A stretch of DNA of 64,000 nt from Clostridia bacterium (GTDB taxonomy: Bacteria; Bacillota; Clostridia; UBA1381; UMGS1253): contig JAZNSA010000018.1 in assembly GCA_045590935.1 (NCBI GenBank), positions 1,512 to 65,511 on the forward strand, in the 5' to 3' direction. Below the pieces are notes generated by a model. It had not been told where the DNA came from. It worked only from the letters and a program-made list of their open reading frames with translations, and ran no database searches. Shown here piece by piece: positions 49,499 to 57,553 of this stretch; the first letter of the stretch is position 1, and the number at the start of each line of letters is the position of its first letter. The position numbers and the translations under genes are program-made.

Positions 49499-50518
49499 TT
49501 AAAAATTCCTCTTTTTAAAATCTTTTTTCTCGTTTTCTGCCTTAAAAACTTCTCTTTCTCTCTCCGCCTTTTCATAAGCCTTTATTATTTTTTGAACAAG
49601 CGGATGGCGAACAACATCCTTCTCCGTCAAGAAGCAAAAATCAAGCCCCTCAATATTTTTTAAGATTTTAGCCGCCTCTTTTAATCCTGATTTTTTCCCG
49701 TCGGGAAGGTCTACCTGAGTTATATCGCCCGTAACAACAGCCTTTGAGCCAAAGCCTATTCTCGTTAAAAACATTTTCATCTGCTCAGGCGTTGTATTTT
49801 GCGCCTCGTCTAAAATAATAAATGCATCGTCAAGCGTTCTGCCTCTCATATATGCAAGCGGGGCAACCTCAATCATACCCTTATCAAGATATTTAGAATA
49901 CGAATCAGCACCAAGCATATCATACATTGCATCGTATAGCGGTCTTAAATAAGGGTCAACCTTCATCTGCAAATCCCCGGGCAAAAAGCCAAGCTTCTCT
50001 CCCGCTTCAACAGCAGGCCTTGTAAGAATAATTCGGTTTACCTCTTTATTTCTGAAAGCAGTAACCGCCGCCGCAACCGCAAGATATGTTTTTCCCGTTC
50101 CCGCAGGGCCAATTCCAAACGTTACGGTATTTTTATTTATTGCCTCTATATATTTTTTTTGCCCTATAGTTTTATTTTTTATTGGCTTTCCCTTTGCGCT
50201 TATGCATACAACATCTGCTCCCAAATTCGATAGTGTCCCCTCAAGCCCGTCTTCAACCATCGAAATAGTATAGCCAATGTTTTGCTCATTTAACGCCTCG
50301 CCCTTATCCAAAAGCGCACAAAGCTGCAAAATCACCTTAAATGCATTTTCACACGCATCGTCCTCGCCAAGTATTTTTAATTCACAACCTCGATTCAATA
50401 TCTGAACATCAAAGCTTTTTTCAATAATTTTTATATTTGAATCAAAGCTTCCAAACAATGCACATATATCAACCGAGCAGTCCAAAGTGAAAATTTTTTC
50501 TGCCATGTACAATTTCAC
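49499..50518 (-). CDS. phoH: PhoH family ATPase
   Basis: GPAGTGKTYLA Walker A and ILDEAQN. The start is uncertain (GTG 50518 or ATG 50506). Confidence 0.9.
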   Translation of the reverse strand: MKLYMAEKIFTLDCSVDICALFGSFDSNIKIIEKSFDVQILNRGCELKILGEDDACENAFKVILQLCALLDKGEALNEQNIGYTISMVEDGLEGTLSNLGADVVCISAKGKPIKNKTIGQKKYIEAINKNTVTFGIGPAGTGKTYLAVAAAVTAFRNKEVNRIILTRPAVEAGEKLGFLPGDLQMKVDPYLRPLYDAMYDMLGADSYSKYLDKGMIEVAPLAYMRGRTLDDAFIILDEAQNTTPEQMKMFLTRIGFGSKAVVTGDITQVDLPDGKKSGLKEAAKILKNIEGLDFCFLTEKDVVRHPLVQKIIKAYEKAEREREVFKAENEKKDFKKRNF

Positions 50519-50595
50519 ATCCGTTCAAACAATAAATACATTTATTATTATATAATATTTTTCAAAAAGTATCAAGTCTTTTTTTAATATTAGCG

Positions 50596-51816
50596 CTAAT
50601 TGTTTTCCAATTTTTTCCCATCTTCATAAATCGGATTTAAAACCGGAACTTCTTTTCCAATTTGCTCTGTAAATTCCATAGTTAGCGTAACGGTATATGT
50701 ATCATCCTCGTTTTTTATATAGCTGACCTTTCTCGCTTCCTCCCTGCTTTCTTCCAAAAGCTTTTCCTTTATTTTTGAATATAGCTCTTCCTCGGCATAT
50801 TTTAGCATTTCTTCTTCTGAAAGAGTTTTCTTTTCAGGGGCAGTTTGTTTAAAGGTTTCCCTCTTTAAAGAAATTCCAATATCACGACCTAATACACTCA
50901 AATTCTCCTCGCTTTTTTCTTCAACAAAGCTTTCAAATTTATGATTTTTTTTGAAAAACATATTTATATCAAACCCAAAAACAGTAAGTGTTGTATATGT
51001 TTTTTTGTTTCCTGTTTCAACAAGGGGTGAAATTTCAAGTCTAAAATTATCTTCTTCCGTGTACCATGTTCTTGCAAAAACTTCGCCTGATGCTCTTGTA
51101 TAACGAGGCTCAATATATTCGCTTGTAACAACTGAGCTTATCAAAAGCTGCCCCGCTAAAACGCTATCACCCTCCTTAACCTTTGCCGTTCCTGACGTTG
51201 CAACAACCGAGCTTATAACTCCGTCCTTTTCGGCTATAATATCGTGCGGGACACTATAGTCGGTTACGACAGGCGCTTTTCTTAGCTGAGATGTACTCAC
51301 TATTGCCTTTGTTCCCTTTATATCAACCCATACCCAGCTAAGCTCCGATTCCTTTAGCAAAACATTATTTTTAAAAGCAAGCTGGTCTATCTTATTTTTC
51401 GGCGCACCAATATATATGCCCTCCTCCTTTAACGTTTGCATAAAATGATTTTTATCTGTATAGGTTAGTCCAACAACCTCTATCTTCCATATAAATTGCG
51501 ACATTATTATCACAAACGCCGCACAAATTCCAATTCCCCAAAAGAAAAGCTTTCTCTTTTTATGTTTTTTTACAACTCTCCATAAGCCAACTTTTTTTAC
51601 TATCGATACCCTCACGTCTGTTTTTTTTGCAATTTGCCTTATTTTTTTAAAATCATCTTTACTCATACATAGGCAAACAGTATTTTCGTCAATCTTTTGA
51701 ATGTCCCAAACGGCAATTAACCTCGTCGTACAAATATTTATAAACCTCTCGCAAAAATCGCCGCAAACCTTTATCTTGACATAGCCTGCAAAATACCTTA
51801 TAAGCCTTAAAAGCAT
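50596..51816 (-). CDS. yqfD: sporulation protein YqfD
   Basis: About 406 aa from ATG 51816 (GGGAGGA 5 nt upstream), with one central TM segment. It sits in the yqfC-yqfD-phoH order conserved in spore formers. Confidence 0.8.
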   Translation of the reverse strand: MLLRLIRYFAGYVKIKVCGDFCERFINICTTRLIAVWDIQKIDENTVCLCMSKDDFKKIRQIAKKTDVRVSIVKKVGLWRVVKKHKKRKLFFWGIGICAAFVIIMSQFIWKIEVVGLTYTDKNHFMQTLKEEGIYIGAPKNKIDQLAFKNNVLLKESELSWVWVDIKGTKAIVSTSQLRKAPVVTDYSVPHDIIAEKDGVISSVVATSGTAKVKEGDSVLAGQLLISSVVTSEYIEPRYTRASGEVFARTWYTEEDNFRLEISPLVETGNKKTYTTLTVFGFDINMFFKKNHKFESFVEEKSEENLSVLGRDIGISLKRETFKQTAPEKKTLSEEEMLKYAEEELYSKIKEKLLEESREEARKVSYIKNEDDTYTVTLTMEFTEQIGKEVPVLNPIYEDGKKLENN

Positions 51817-51832
51817 AAATATCCTCCCGAAA

Positions 51833-52117
51833 TCAACTAAATTCAACAGATGAAATTTTTCCGCAAACAGTTATCTCCTCTGCTGCAATCTGCGTTATAG
51901 ATAAATCTGCCCCGCTTATGGCAACGGGCATTTTCGTAGTATTTAACTTTATGTGTGTTTCGCTATATGAAACAATCCCTCTGTAATTTTCAATATAAAT
52001 TTCTTCATTTCCCAACATTATAAATCTGGGTGTATTAAAAATTATGTCCTTTGGCATATCAAAAGCGCCTGTTAATCGCTCTAACGGTGCCTTCGCATTA
52101 TTTTTCTTCTTTGCCAT
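51833..52117 (-). CDS. yqfC: sporulation protein YqfC
   Basis: 94 aa from MAKKKNNAKAP... The sequence ..DMPKDIIFNTPRFIMLGNEEIYIENYRGIVSYSE.. aligns with B. subtilis YqfC (DLPRITMIG..VYIENHRGLL.FS). Confidence 0.75.
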   Translation of the reverse strand: MAKKKNNAKAPLERLTGAFDMPKDIIFNTPRFIMLGNEEIYIENYRGIVSYSETHIKLNTTKMPVAISGADLSITQIAAEEITVCGKISSVEFS

Positions 52118-52220
52118 AATTGTTAAACCATCCCTTTTCTTTTTTGTAATACTACTATTATTCAAATTCGTGATTAATTATGTTTTTTTATCATATACTT
52201 TAGCGAGGTGATTTCAAAAA

Positions 52221-53156
52221 ATGAATTTCAAAAAAATCATTATGTGTGTATTTTTTATTGCCATAATGACATATATGATTTTGTTTCCCGAAAAAGCTGT
52301 TTTTGCATCAAAACATTCACTGCTTTTGTGCTACGAAGCAATTTTACCCTCTCTTTTCGTATTTTTAATATGCTCATCATTTTTAACCAAAATAGGCTTT
52401 GCAAACATTTTAGAAAAGCCGTTTTCAAAAATTATGAGCCCTCTGTTTGGTATAAGCGGCAAGGGGGCTCTTCCTATGATTTTAGGCTACATAAGCGGCT
52501 ACCCCATAGGCTCAGTATGCATTTGCGAAATGTATAAGGCGGGCGATTTAAAAAAGCGTGAGGCAGAAAAAATGCTTGGCTTTTGTAACAATGCAGGACC
52601 ATTATTTATAATAGGAAGCATAGGTCTTACTCTTCTCGGCAACAAGCATATAGGATATATTCTTTATGGGTTTCATATTCTTTCTTCTGTTATCGTCGGA
52701 ATTTTATTTAGATTTTTTGTTAAAACTAATACTGCAGATAAATACGATTGTAATACAAGCATTTTTGGTATAAGACTTTCAAACGCCGTAACAGAAAGCA
52801 TTTCCTCATCAATTTCTTCTATATTAACGATTTGCGCCTATACTGTTTTATTTTCGGTTATCATCTCTATGTCATTTGATTTTTTTCCCGCCTCAAAGGA
52901 AAGCCTTATACTTAGAGGCATTGTAGAAATAACAAACGGAATTTCAAAAATTTGCGATACTGATGTTTTTTTTGATGGCGTACAATCAAAACTTCCCATC
53001 ATATCATTTATCTTAGGCTTTGGCGGGTTTTGCGTTCATTTGCAAGTAATAAGCATCGTAAAAAAAGCAGGCCTTAAAACAGACCTCTATTTCGTTGGAA
53101 AAATTATTCAGGCTTCACTTTCGTCCTTGTTTGTATTGACATATATTAGTATGTAG
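52221..53156 (+). CDS. ylbJ: sporulation integral membrane protein YlbJ (nucleoside-recognition domain)
   Basis: 311 aa multi-pass protein with GISGKGALPMILGYISGYPIG and FCNNAGPLFIIG, typical of YlbJ. Confidence 0.75.
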   Translation: MNFKKIIMCVFFIAIMTYMILFPEKAVFASKHSLLLCYEAILPSLFVFLICSSFLTKIGFANILEKPFSKIMSPLFGISGKGALPMILGYISGYPIGSVCICEMYKAGDLKKREAEKMLGFCNNAGPLFIIGSIGLTLLGNKHIGYILYGFHILSSVIVGILFRFFVKTNTADKYDCNTSIFGIRLSNAVTESISSSISSILTICAYTVLFSVIISMSFDFFPASKESLILRGIVEITNGISKICDTDVFFDGVQSKLPIISFILGFGGFCVHLQVISIVKKAGLKTDLYFVGKIIQASLSSLFVLTYISM

Positions 53157-53165
53157 TGATATAAT
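53136..53165 (+). promoter_or_regulatory. near-consensus sigma-A promoter driving G element copy 1
   Basis: TTGACA (53136-53141), an 18-nt spacer, then TATAAT (53160-53165). It overlaps the last codons of ylbJ. Confidence 0.5.
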
Positions 53166-53324
53166 GGATTCATACGATGTATGAACTCAACTAATCTTGC
53201 CCATTCGGGCAAGTGAAGTTATCTTCGATAGTGAAGTTTAACAAGTTAAGTGAAGTTTCGCCTTACGGCGAAGTGGCAAACTTAACTTCACTTTGAACTG
53301 TGGTTCAAAACTTCACCAAAAAGG
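53166..53324 (+). repeat. G-family structured element copy G1 (candidate structured RNA)
   Basis: 151/159 nt identical to 55671-55829 by manual alignment. It has hairpins ttcatac-gat-gtatgaa, ttgccc-attc-gggcaa, ttcgcc-ttac-ggcgaa and tttgaac-tgtg-gttcaaa. It carries three GTGAAGTT words (53213, 53231, 53250) and two AACTTCAC words (53284, 53309). Confidence 0.8.
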
Positions 53325-53452
53325 CTTCTCCTTGAGGAGAGGCTCCGACGAAGGCGGTGGTGAGGTGTAGGATACGAAGTATCCGTTAATTTCTTCCACC
53401 TCATCCGTCAAACCTTACGGTTTTGCCACCTTCCCCTCGAGGGGAAGGCTTG
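53323..53452 (+). repeat. R-family mosaic repeat, copy R3
   Basis: Four serial hairpins: ggcttctcc-ttga-ggagaggct; ggtgaggtg...cacctcatc enclosing ggatac-gaa-gtatcc; aaacc-ttac-ggttt; and ccttcccc-tcga-ggggaagg. Confidence 0.75.
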
Positions 53453-53457
53453 AACAA

Positions 53458-53540
53458 GTGGTATCTAAGTCGTGGTACTTTTATATAATATTATAAAAAT
53501 TAGCTTTATAAAATAAGCTAAAAAGAAAGGATGATTAATT
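53458..53540 (+). promoter_or_regulatory. P module copy 1: duplicated promoter/5' UTR upstream of the lipoprotein gene
   Basis: About 90 percent identical to the reverse complement of 62664-62745. It contains GTGGTA direct repeats, the 12-bp palindrome TATAATATTATA (53484-53495) and the SD AAAGGA. Confidence 0.6.
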
Positions 53541-54350
53541 TTGAAAAAATTGTTTTTAATATTTATTAGTGTTCTTATTTGCTTTAGCTTTGCCTCCTGC
53601 AATAAAAGCGATGCTACGCCAAACAAGACATCTGCCGTTTCAATCGAACAGCCCGAAATCGGTAAGGATAAAAAGGAAGCAACAATCTATATCGGAAGAA
53701 GCAATACTTTTTCTCCCTACAAGGTTTCATACGAGGAAACCTTAACACCTGAGCTTCTTTTAGAAAAAATTGAAGAGCTTACAGGTTGGGATTTAACTCT
53801 TTTTGAAAATGTTATTTCGGAAAAAAACGAAATGTATGTTAATTTTTCAAAGCAGAGCTCTGTCTATAGCGGTGATGCAAAAAATGCAAAAGGTGAGTTT
53901 GCAATTGAAAAAAAAGACGATTTGATTTCCACTATTTTAGATAGCGTTTGCAAAACTCTTCAAAGCAACTTCGCAGACCCCGCTCTTGGTGAGTCGGACA
54001 AGCCTGATATAACATACAGCTGCGAGGGTGAGCCTATAGACGTTGGCGGCAGTATAGTTCTAACAGATATTGCGTATTCGTCAAAGGCTGTCGAAAAATA
54101 TAACGATGCTCAATTTACTGAATTTTTAACAAATCAATTGTCGAATTATTATGAATCAACCCAAACATCTTACGAAAAGGTTCGGGAAGTATATGAAAAT
54201 GGCAGTCTCATTTATGTATATGCGGCTATTAATAATCAAACCAAGGAGCAACATGCTCTCTATGGCGTAACGAGTGATATGCTGAAATTATACGAATTTG
54301 ACGGCGAAAATATGGAGCTTCTTTTAGATTTCAGCCAATATATAGACTAA
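53541..54350 (+). CDS. lipoprotein, function unknown
   Basis: TTG start; signal peptide MKKLFLIFISVLICFSFASC with a lipobox (FASC); 269 aa, acidic. I recognise no domain. Confidence 0.75.
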   Translation: MKKLFLIFISVLICFSFASCNKSDATPNKTSAVSIEQPEIGKDKKEATIYIGRSNTFSPYKVSYEETLTPELLLEKIEELTGWDLTLFENVISEKNEMYVNFSKQSSVYSGDAKNAKGEFAIEKKDDLISTILDSVCKTLQSNFADPALGESDKPDITYSCEGEPIDVGGSIVLTDIAYSSKAVEKYNDAQFTEFLTNQLSNYYESTQTSYEKVREVYENGSLIYVYAAINNQTKEQHALYGVTSDMLKLYEFDGENMELLLDFSQYID

Positions 54351-54395
54351 AAAAAAATGCAAAGGCAATCACATCAAACTGCCTTTGCATTTTTT
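54350..54395. terminator. bidirectional intrinsic terminator between convergent genes
   Basis: tgcaaaggca / tgcctttgca form a 10-bp stem flanked by an A-run and a T-run. Confidence 0.7.
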
Positions 54396-54399
54396 AAAA

Positions 54400-55491
54400 T
54401 TATAAATTGTTTTTTTCAAAAATCGTTTCTTTTCCGTCTAAAAAAGCATGAACAACCTCTCCGTCTGCATGCATATAATCATAATTAGTTTTAACAACAA
54501 CCTTATACCTATCCTGTTTTAAGCTTATTATTCCAAATCGTCCGTCCGCCTCAGCTATAAACAAGCTATCTCCTATGTAAATTATTTCTTCATACAAAAA
54601 CGGTGCCAAAATATTTTCGTCCTTATTTATAATTCCGTATGCCTCAGAATTGCCGCAAGGAATTGAGCAAATCAAATATCCATCCTCGAAACGATTCAAC
54701 GTTTTATACTCAATTGAAATTACTTCCTCCCCGCTTATATCAATATATCCAAACTTTTCTCCTATGCTGACCATCGCCAATCCGTCTTCAAAATCTTGCG
54801 CCCAATCGTACATAAGCGGCATAATAAAAAATCCATAATCCGTTATATAGCTGTATTTAGAATCAATTCTCACAGGGCAAAGTCCGTCAGAAAAAGTGCC
54901 CGCTCTCTCGTATATCATAGGAGTCATCTTTTCTCCACTCGGCGATATAAACCCATACTTTCCATTTATGCAAACCTTTGCAATTCCGTTTGAAAACGGA
55001 GTAGCAATATCGTATTTAAAGTCTATAACCGTTTTCCCCTCGTAATTTATATATCCATATTTGTTATTTTTGCAAACGGCAGCCAAACCCTCGCTAAATT
55101 CAAACGCATCATCATATTCAGCAGGAATTGAAATTCTTCCAAATCTATTTATATACCCATATTTGTCATCAACTTCAACAAGAGCCAAACCCTCTGAAAA
55201 GCCCGAAATATATTTATACGCCGATGTTTTTGAATTAAAAGCCTCCGCTCCTATTCTGTTGATAAAAAACGAGCGTCCCTTCCTGTTCACCAAAGCATAT
55301 CCTTCGGAAAAATCCTCTGCATAGTCATATACACATCCAATTTTCACTTTGCCATAAGCATCTGCAAACCCATATTTTTTATATCCGTTAACCTCTTGCG
55401 TAACAACCTTTAGCGAAATTGGGCTTTCTGCAAAAACAGGCTTAATAAAAAAAGCAAGAAACAAAATCAAAGGCAGTAAAATTTTTTTCAC
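54400..55491 (-). CDS. WG (KWG) repeat-containing secreted protein
   Basis: The GTG at 55491 gives signal peptide MKKILLPLILFLAFFIKPVFA, with GGGGG 8 nt upstream. About nine repeats of the pattern YGxIxxxGxxxIxxxYDxAxxFSEGLAxV follow. The track start at 55521 is an ATT codon. Confidence 0.75.
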   Translation of the reverse strand: MKKILLPLILFLAFFIKPVFAESPISLKVVTQEVNGYKKYGFADAYGKVKIGCVYDYAEDFSEGYALVNRKGRSFFINRIGAEAFNSKTSAYKYISGFSEGLALVEVDDKYGYINRFGRISIPAEYDDAFEFSEGLAAVCKNNKYGYINYEGKTVIDFKYDIATPFSNGIAKVCINGKYGFISPSGEKMTPMIYERAGTFSDGLCPVRIDSKYSYITDYGFFIMPLMYDWAQDFEDGLAMVSIGEKFGYIDISGEEVISIEYKTLNRFEDGYLICSIPCGNSEAYGIINKDENILAPFLYEEIIYIGDSLFIAEADGRFGIISLKQDRYKVVVKTNYDYMHADGEVVHAFLDGKETIFEKNNL

Positions 55492-55641
55492 ATAACTTAC
55501 CCCCCAGCTTAACAAATTCAATTCTTTATATATCTTTTAATAAATTCTCTTTCACACAATTTAAGTTTATTACTAAAAATTCATTTTGTCAATATAATTT
55601 TATAAAATATATGCCGCAAAGCGTGCAACCTCCCTTTTATA

Positions 55642-55670
55642 TTGACAAAAATATATCGTGATGGTATAAT
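55642..55670 (+). promoter_or_regulatory. consensus sigma-A promoter driving G element copy 2 and ispDF
   Basis: TTGACA (55642-55647), a 17-nt spacer ending in TGG, then TATAAT (55665-55670). Confidence 0.55.
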
Positions 55671-55829
55671 GAGTTCATACGATGTATGAACTAAACTAAG
55701 TTTGCCCATTCGGGCAAGTGAAGTTATCTTCGATAGTGAAGTTTAGCAAGTTAAGTGAAGTTTCGCCTTACGGCGAAGTGGCAAACTTAACTTCACTTTG
55801 AGCTTTGGTTCAAAACTTCACCAAAAAGG
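55671..55829 (+). repeat. G-family structured element copy G2 (candidate 5' leader of ispD-ispF)
   Basis: See G1. It runs without an obvious terminator into the ispD ATG at 55903. Confidence 0.8.
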
Positions 55830-55902
55830 TGGCATCAAACCATTCACTAATTATATAATTTATTTATAGGTCAAGTAAATATTTAATAGGCGGTGTTAAA
55901 GC

Positions 55903-56616
55903 ATGAAAAAATGCGGAGCTATTATCGTTGCCGCAGGTGTCGGCAGACGTATGAACTCAAACAAAAACAAGGTTTTTCTGCCTTTGAAGAACGTTCCTTT
56001 GCTTGCAAAAACACTTACGGCTTTTCAAAATTGTAATAAAATAGGCGGAATTGTTGTTGTAACAAGAGACTGCGATTTTGATGAAGTTTTAAAAATAAAA
56101 GCAGATTATAATATAAGCAAGCTTATTAAAGTAACAATGGGCGGCAATGAAAGGCAAGAGTCTGTTCTAAACGGGTTGGAGGCTCTTGGCAACGATTTTG
56201 ATTTCGTTGCCATACACGACGGCGCAAGGTGTCTTGTAAGCGAAACAGATATTTTAAGCTGCATAGCAGATGCAGAAAAGTATGGTGCGGCGGCTCTCGG
56301 TGTACCAGCTAAGGACAGCATAAAAAAAATTGATGAGCTCGGCTTTATAGAGTGCGATATAGACCGAAAAACAGCCATCAATATACAAACTCCGCAAGTT
56401 TTTAAATACGACGAAATTTTATCTGCACACAAGCAGGCAAGAGAGCAAAGCCTGACGGTTACTGACGATACTGCACTCTACTCTTTCTTTGGAAAAAAGG
56501 TTTTCGTAACAATCGGAAGCTACGAAAATATTAAAATAACAACAAGAGAAGATATTGACCTTGCGCAGCTTATTTTAAACAGGGGGGAAACCGCGAAAGG
56601 AGCTGAAAACAAATGA
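55903..56616 (+). CDS. ispD: 2-C-methyl-D-erythritol 4-phosphate cytidylyltransferase
   Basis: AIIVAAGVGRRM, VAIHDGARC and QTPQVF; 237 aa. Confidence 0.92.
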   Translation: MKKCGAIIVAAGVGRRMNSNKNKVFLPLKNVPLLAKTLTAFQNCNKIGGIVVVTRDCDFDEVLKIKADYNISKLIKVTMGGNERQESVLNGLEALGNDFDFVAIHDGARCLVSETDILSCIADAEKYGAAALGVPAKDSIKKIDELGFIECDIDRKTAINIQTPQVFKYDEILSAHKQAREQSLTVTDDTALYSFFGKKVFVTIGSYENIKITTREDIDLAQLILNRGETAKGAENK

Positions 56617-57086
56617 GGATAGGACATGGATATGATGTACACAGGCTTGAGGAGGGTAGAAATCTAATTCTTTGCGGCATAGACGTTCCGTATAGCAAAG
56701 GGCTCTTGGGTCATTCCGATGCAGATGTTGCAACCCACGCACTTATGGATGCAATTTTGGGTGCGGCGGCTCTTGGCGATATAGGTCTTCTCTTTCCCGA
56801 TAACGACAACAAATATAAGGATATATACAGTATTCTCCTTCTTAAAGAAGTTGTAGAAAAAATAAAATCAATTGGCTATACCGTTTCAAATGCGGATATA
56901 ACAATTATAGCCCAAGAACCAAAGCTTAGAAATTTTATAGAGCAAATGCGTAAAAGCATTTCAAAAGCGTGCGAAACGGATATAGACAATATCAATATCA
57001 AGGCAACAACAACCGAAAAATTAGGCTTTGAAGGGGAAGGTCTTGCTATCAGCGCACACGCTGTTGTTTTAATTGAGAAGTATTAA
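56613..57086 (+). CDS. ispF: 2-C-methyl-D-erythritol 2,4-cyclodiphosphate synthase
   Basis: RIGHGYDVHRL, GHSDADVATHA and DITIIAQEPK; 157 aa. It overlaps the ispD stop. Confidence 0.95.
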   Translation: MRIGHGYDVHRLEEGRNLILCGIDVPYSKGLLGHSDADVATHALMDAILGAAALGDIGLLFPDNDNKYKDIYSILLLKEVVEKIKSIGYTVSNADITIIAQEPKLRNFIEQMRKSISKACETDIDNINIKATTTEKLGFEGEGLAISAHAVVLIEKY

Positions 57087-57141
57087 TTTGATAAGCTTGA
57101 ATAAAAATTTTAAATTTTTTTTGCATTTTTCAAAAAAACAC

Positions 57142-57170
57142 TTGACAAATAATAAATATATGTGTATAAT
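57142..57170 (+). promoter_or_regulatory. perfect consensus sigma-A promoter of the micro-ORF operon
   Basis: TTGACA (57142-57147), a 17-nt spacer, then TATAAT (57165-57170). Confidence 0.55.
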
Positions 57171-57213
57171 GTATGTGTATAGACGTTATAATATAGTTTT
57201 TGTGGAGGTGAAA

Positions 57214-57324
57214 ATGATGAAAAAGTATGAATGTCCCGATTTGGAAGTTGTTACATTTGAAGAAGAAATTATGTCAGACCTTGTTTTTAGTATTATAGGT
57301 AACGAAGATGGTGGCGAGTATTAA
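57214..57324 (+). CDS. acidic micro-protein A (36 aa), paralogue of B; candidate precursor peptide or small regulator
   Basis: MMKKYECPDLEVVTFEEEIMSDLVFSIIGNEDGGEY, with SD GGAGGTG 5 nt upstream. It is hidden inside the spurious 83-aa track ORF 57073-57324. Confidence 0.55.
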   Translation: MMKKYECPDLEVVTFEEEIMSDLVFSIIGNEDGGEY

Positions 57325-57369
57325 TTTCTTAATTTTTTTCTGTAATCATTTTTAGGAGGATAGATAGTT

Positions 57370-57477
57370 ATGAAGACATACGAGAGTCCGGTTGTAGATA
57401 TAATTTCTTTTGAAGAAGAAATTATGTCAAACGTTGTTACAAGCATCCCCGGCATAGAAGATGGTGGAGATTTCTGA
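57370..57477 (+). CDS. acidic micro-protein B (35 aa), paralogue of A
   Basis: MKTYESPVVDIISFEEEIMSNVVTSIPGIEDGGDF, with SD AGGAGG 9 nt upstream. 20/35 residues are identical to A, and a 21-nt block is identical at the DNA level. Confidence 0.55.
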   Translation: MKTYESPVVDIISFEEEIMSNVVTSIPGIEDGGDF

Positions 57478-57553
57478 TAAATCTTTGCTTTCTTGTGTTG
57501 ATGTTGGCGTAACTTGTAGTTGTGTTTTTTACAATTTGGTTAATACGTAAAAA

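Noticed and set aside
53205-53280. The GTGAAGTT / GAAGTGG / GATAGTG words of the G element resemble the GAAGTGK words in the mraZ leader, suggesting MraZ binding. UAG triplets in the same stretch also suggested HutP binding.
   Set aside because: The shared strings are only 6-7 nt, which is expected by chance in 64 kb. Word spacing is 18-22 nt and irregular, and the UAG spacing (9 and 6 nt) does not fit the HutP N4 rule. I keep this as speculation only.
57214-57477. Calling the two micro-ORFs lasso-peptide precursors because of the YxxP motif.
   Set aside because: There is no Thr at the penultimate leader position, no plausible Gly/Ala/Ser/Cys-1 to Asp/Glu-7/8/9 ring register, and no lasso cyclase, protease or RRE genes in the window. 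Only a generic RiPP-like or small-regulator hypothesis is retained.
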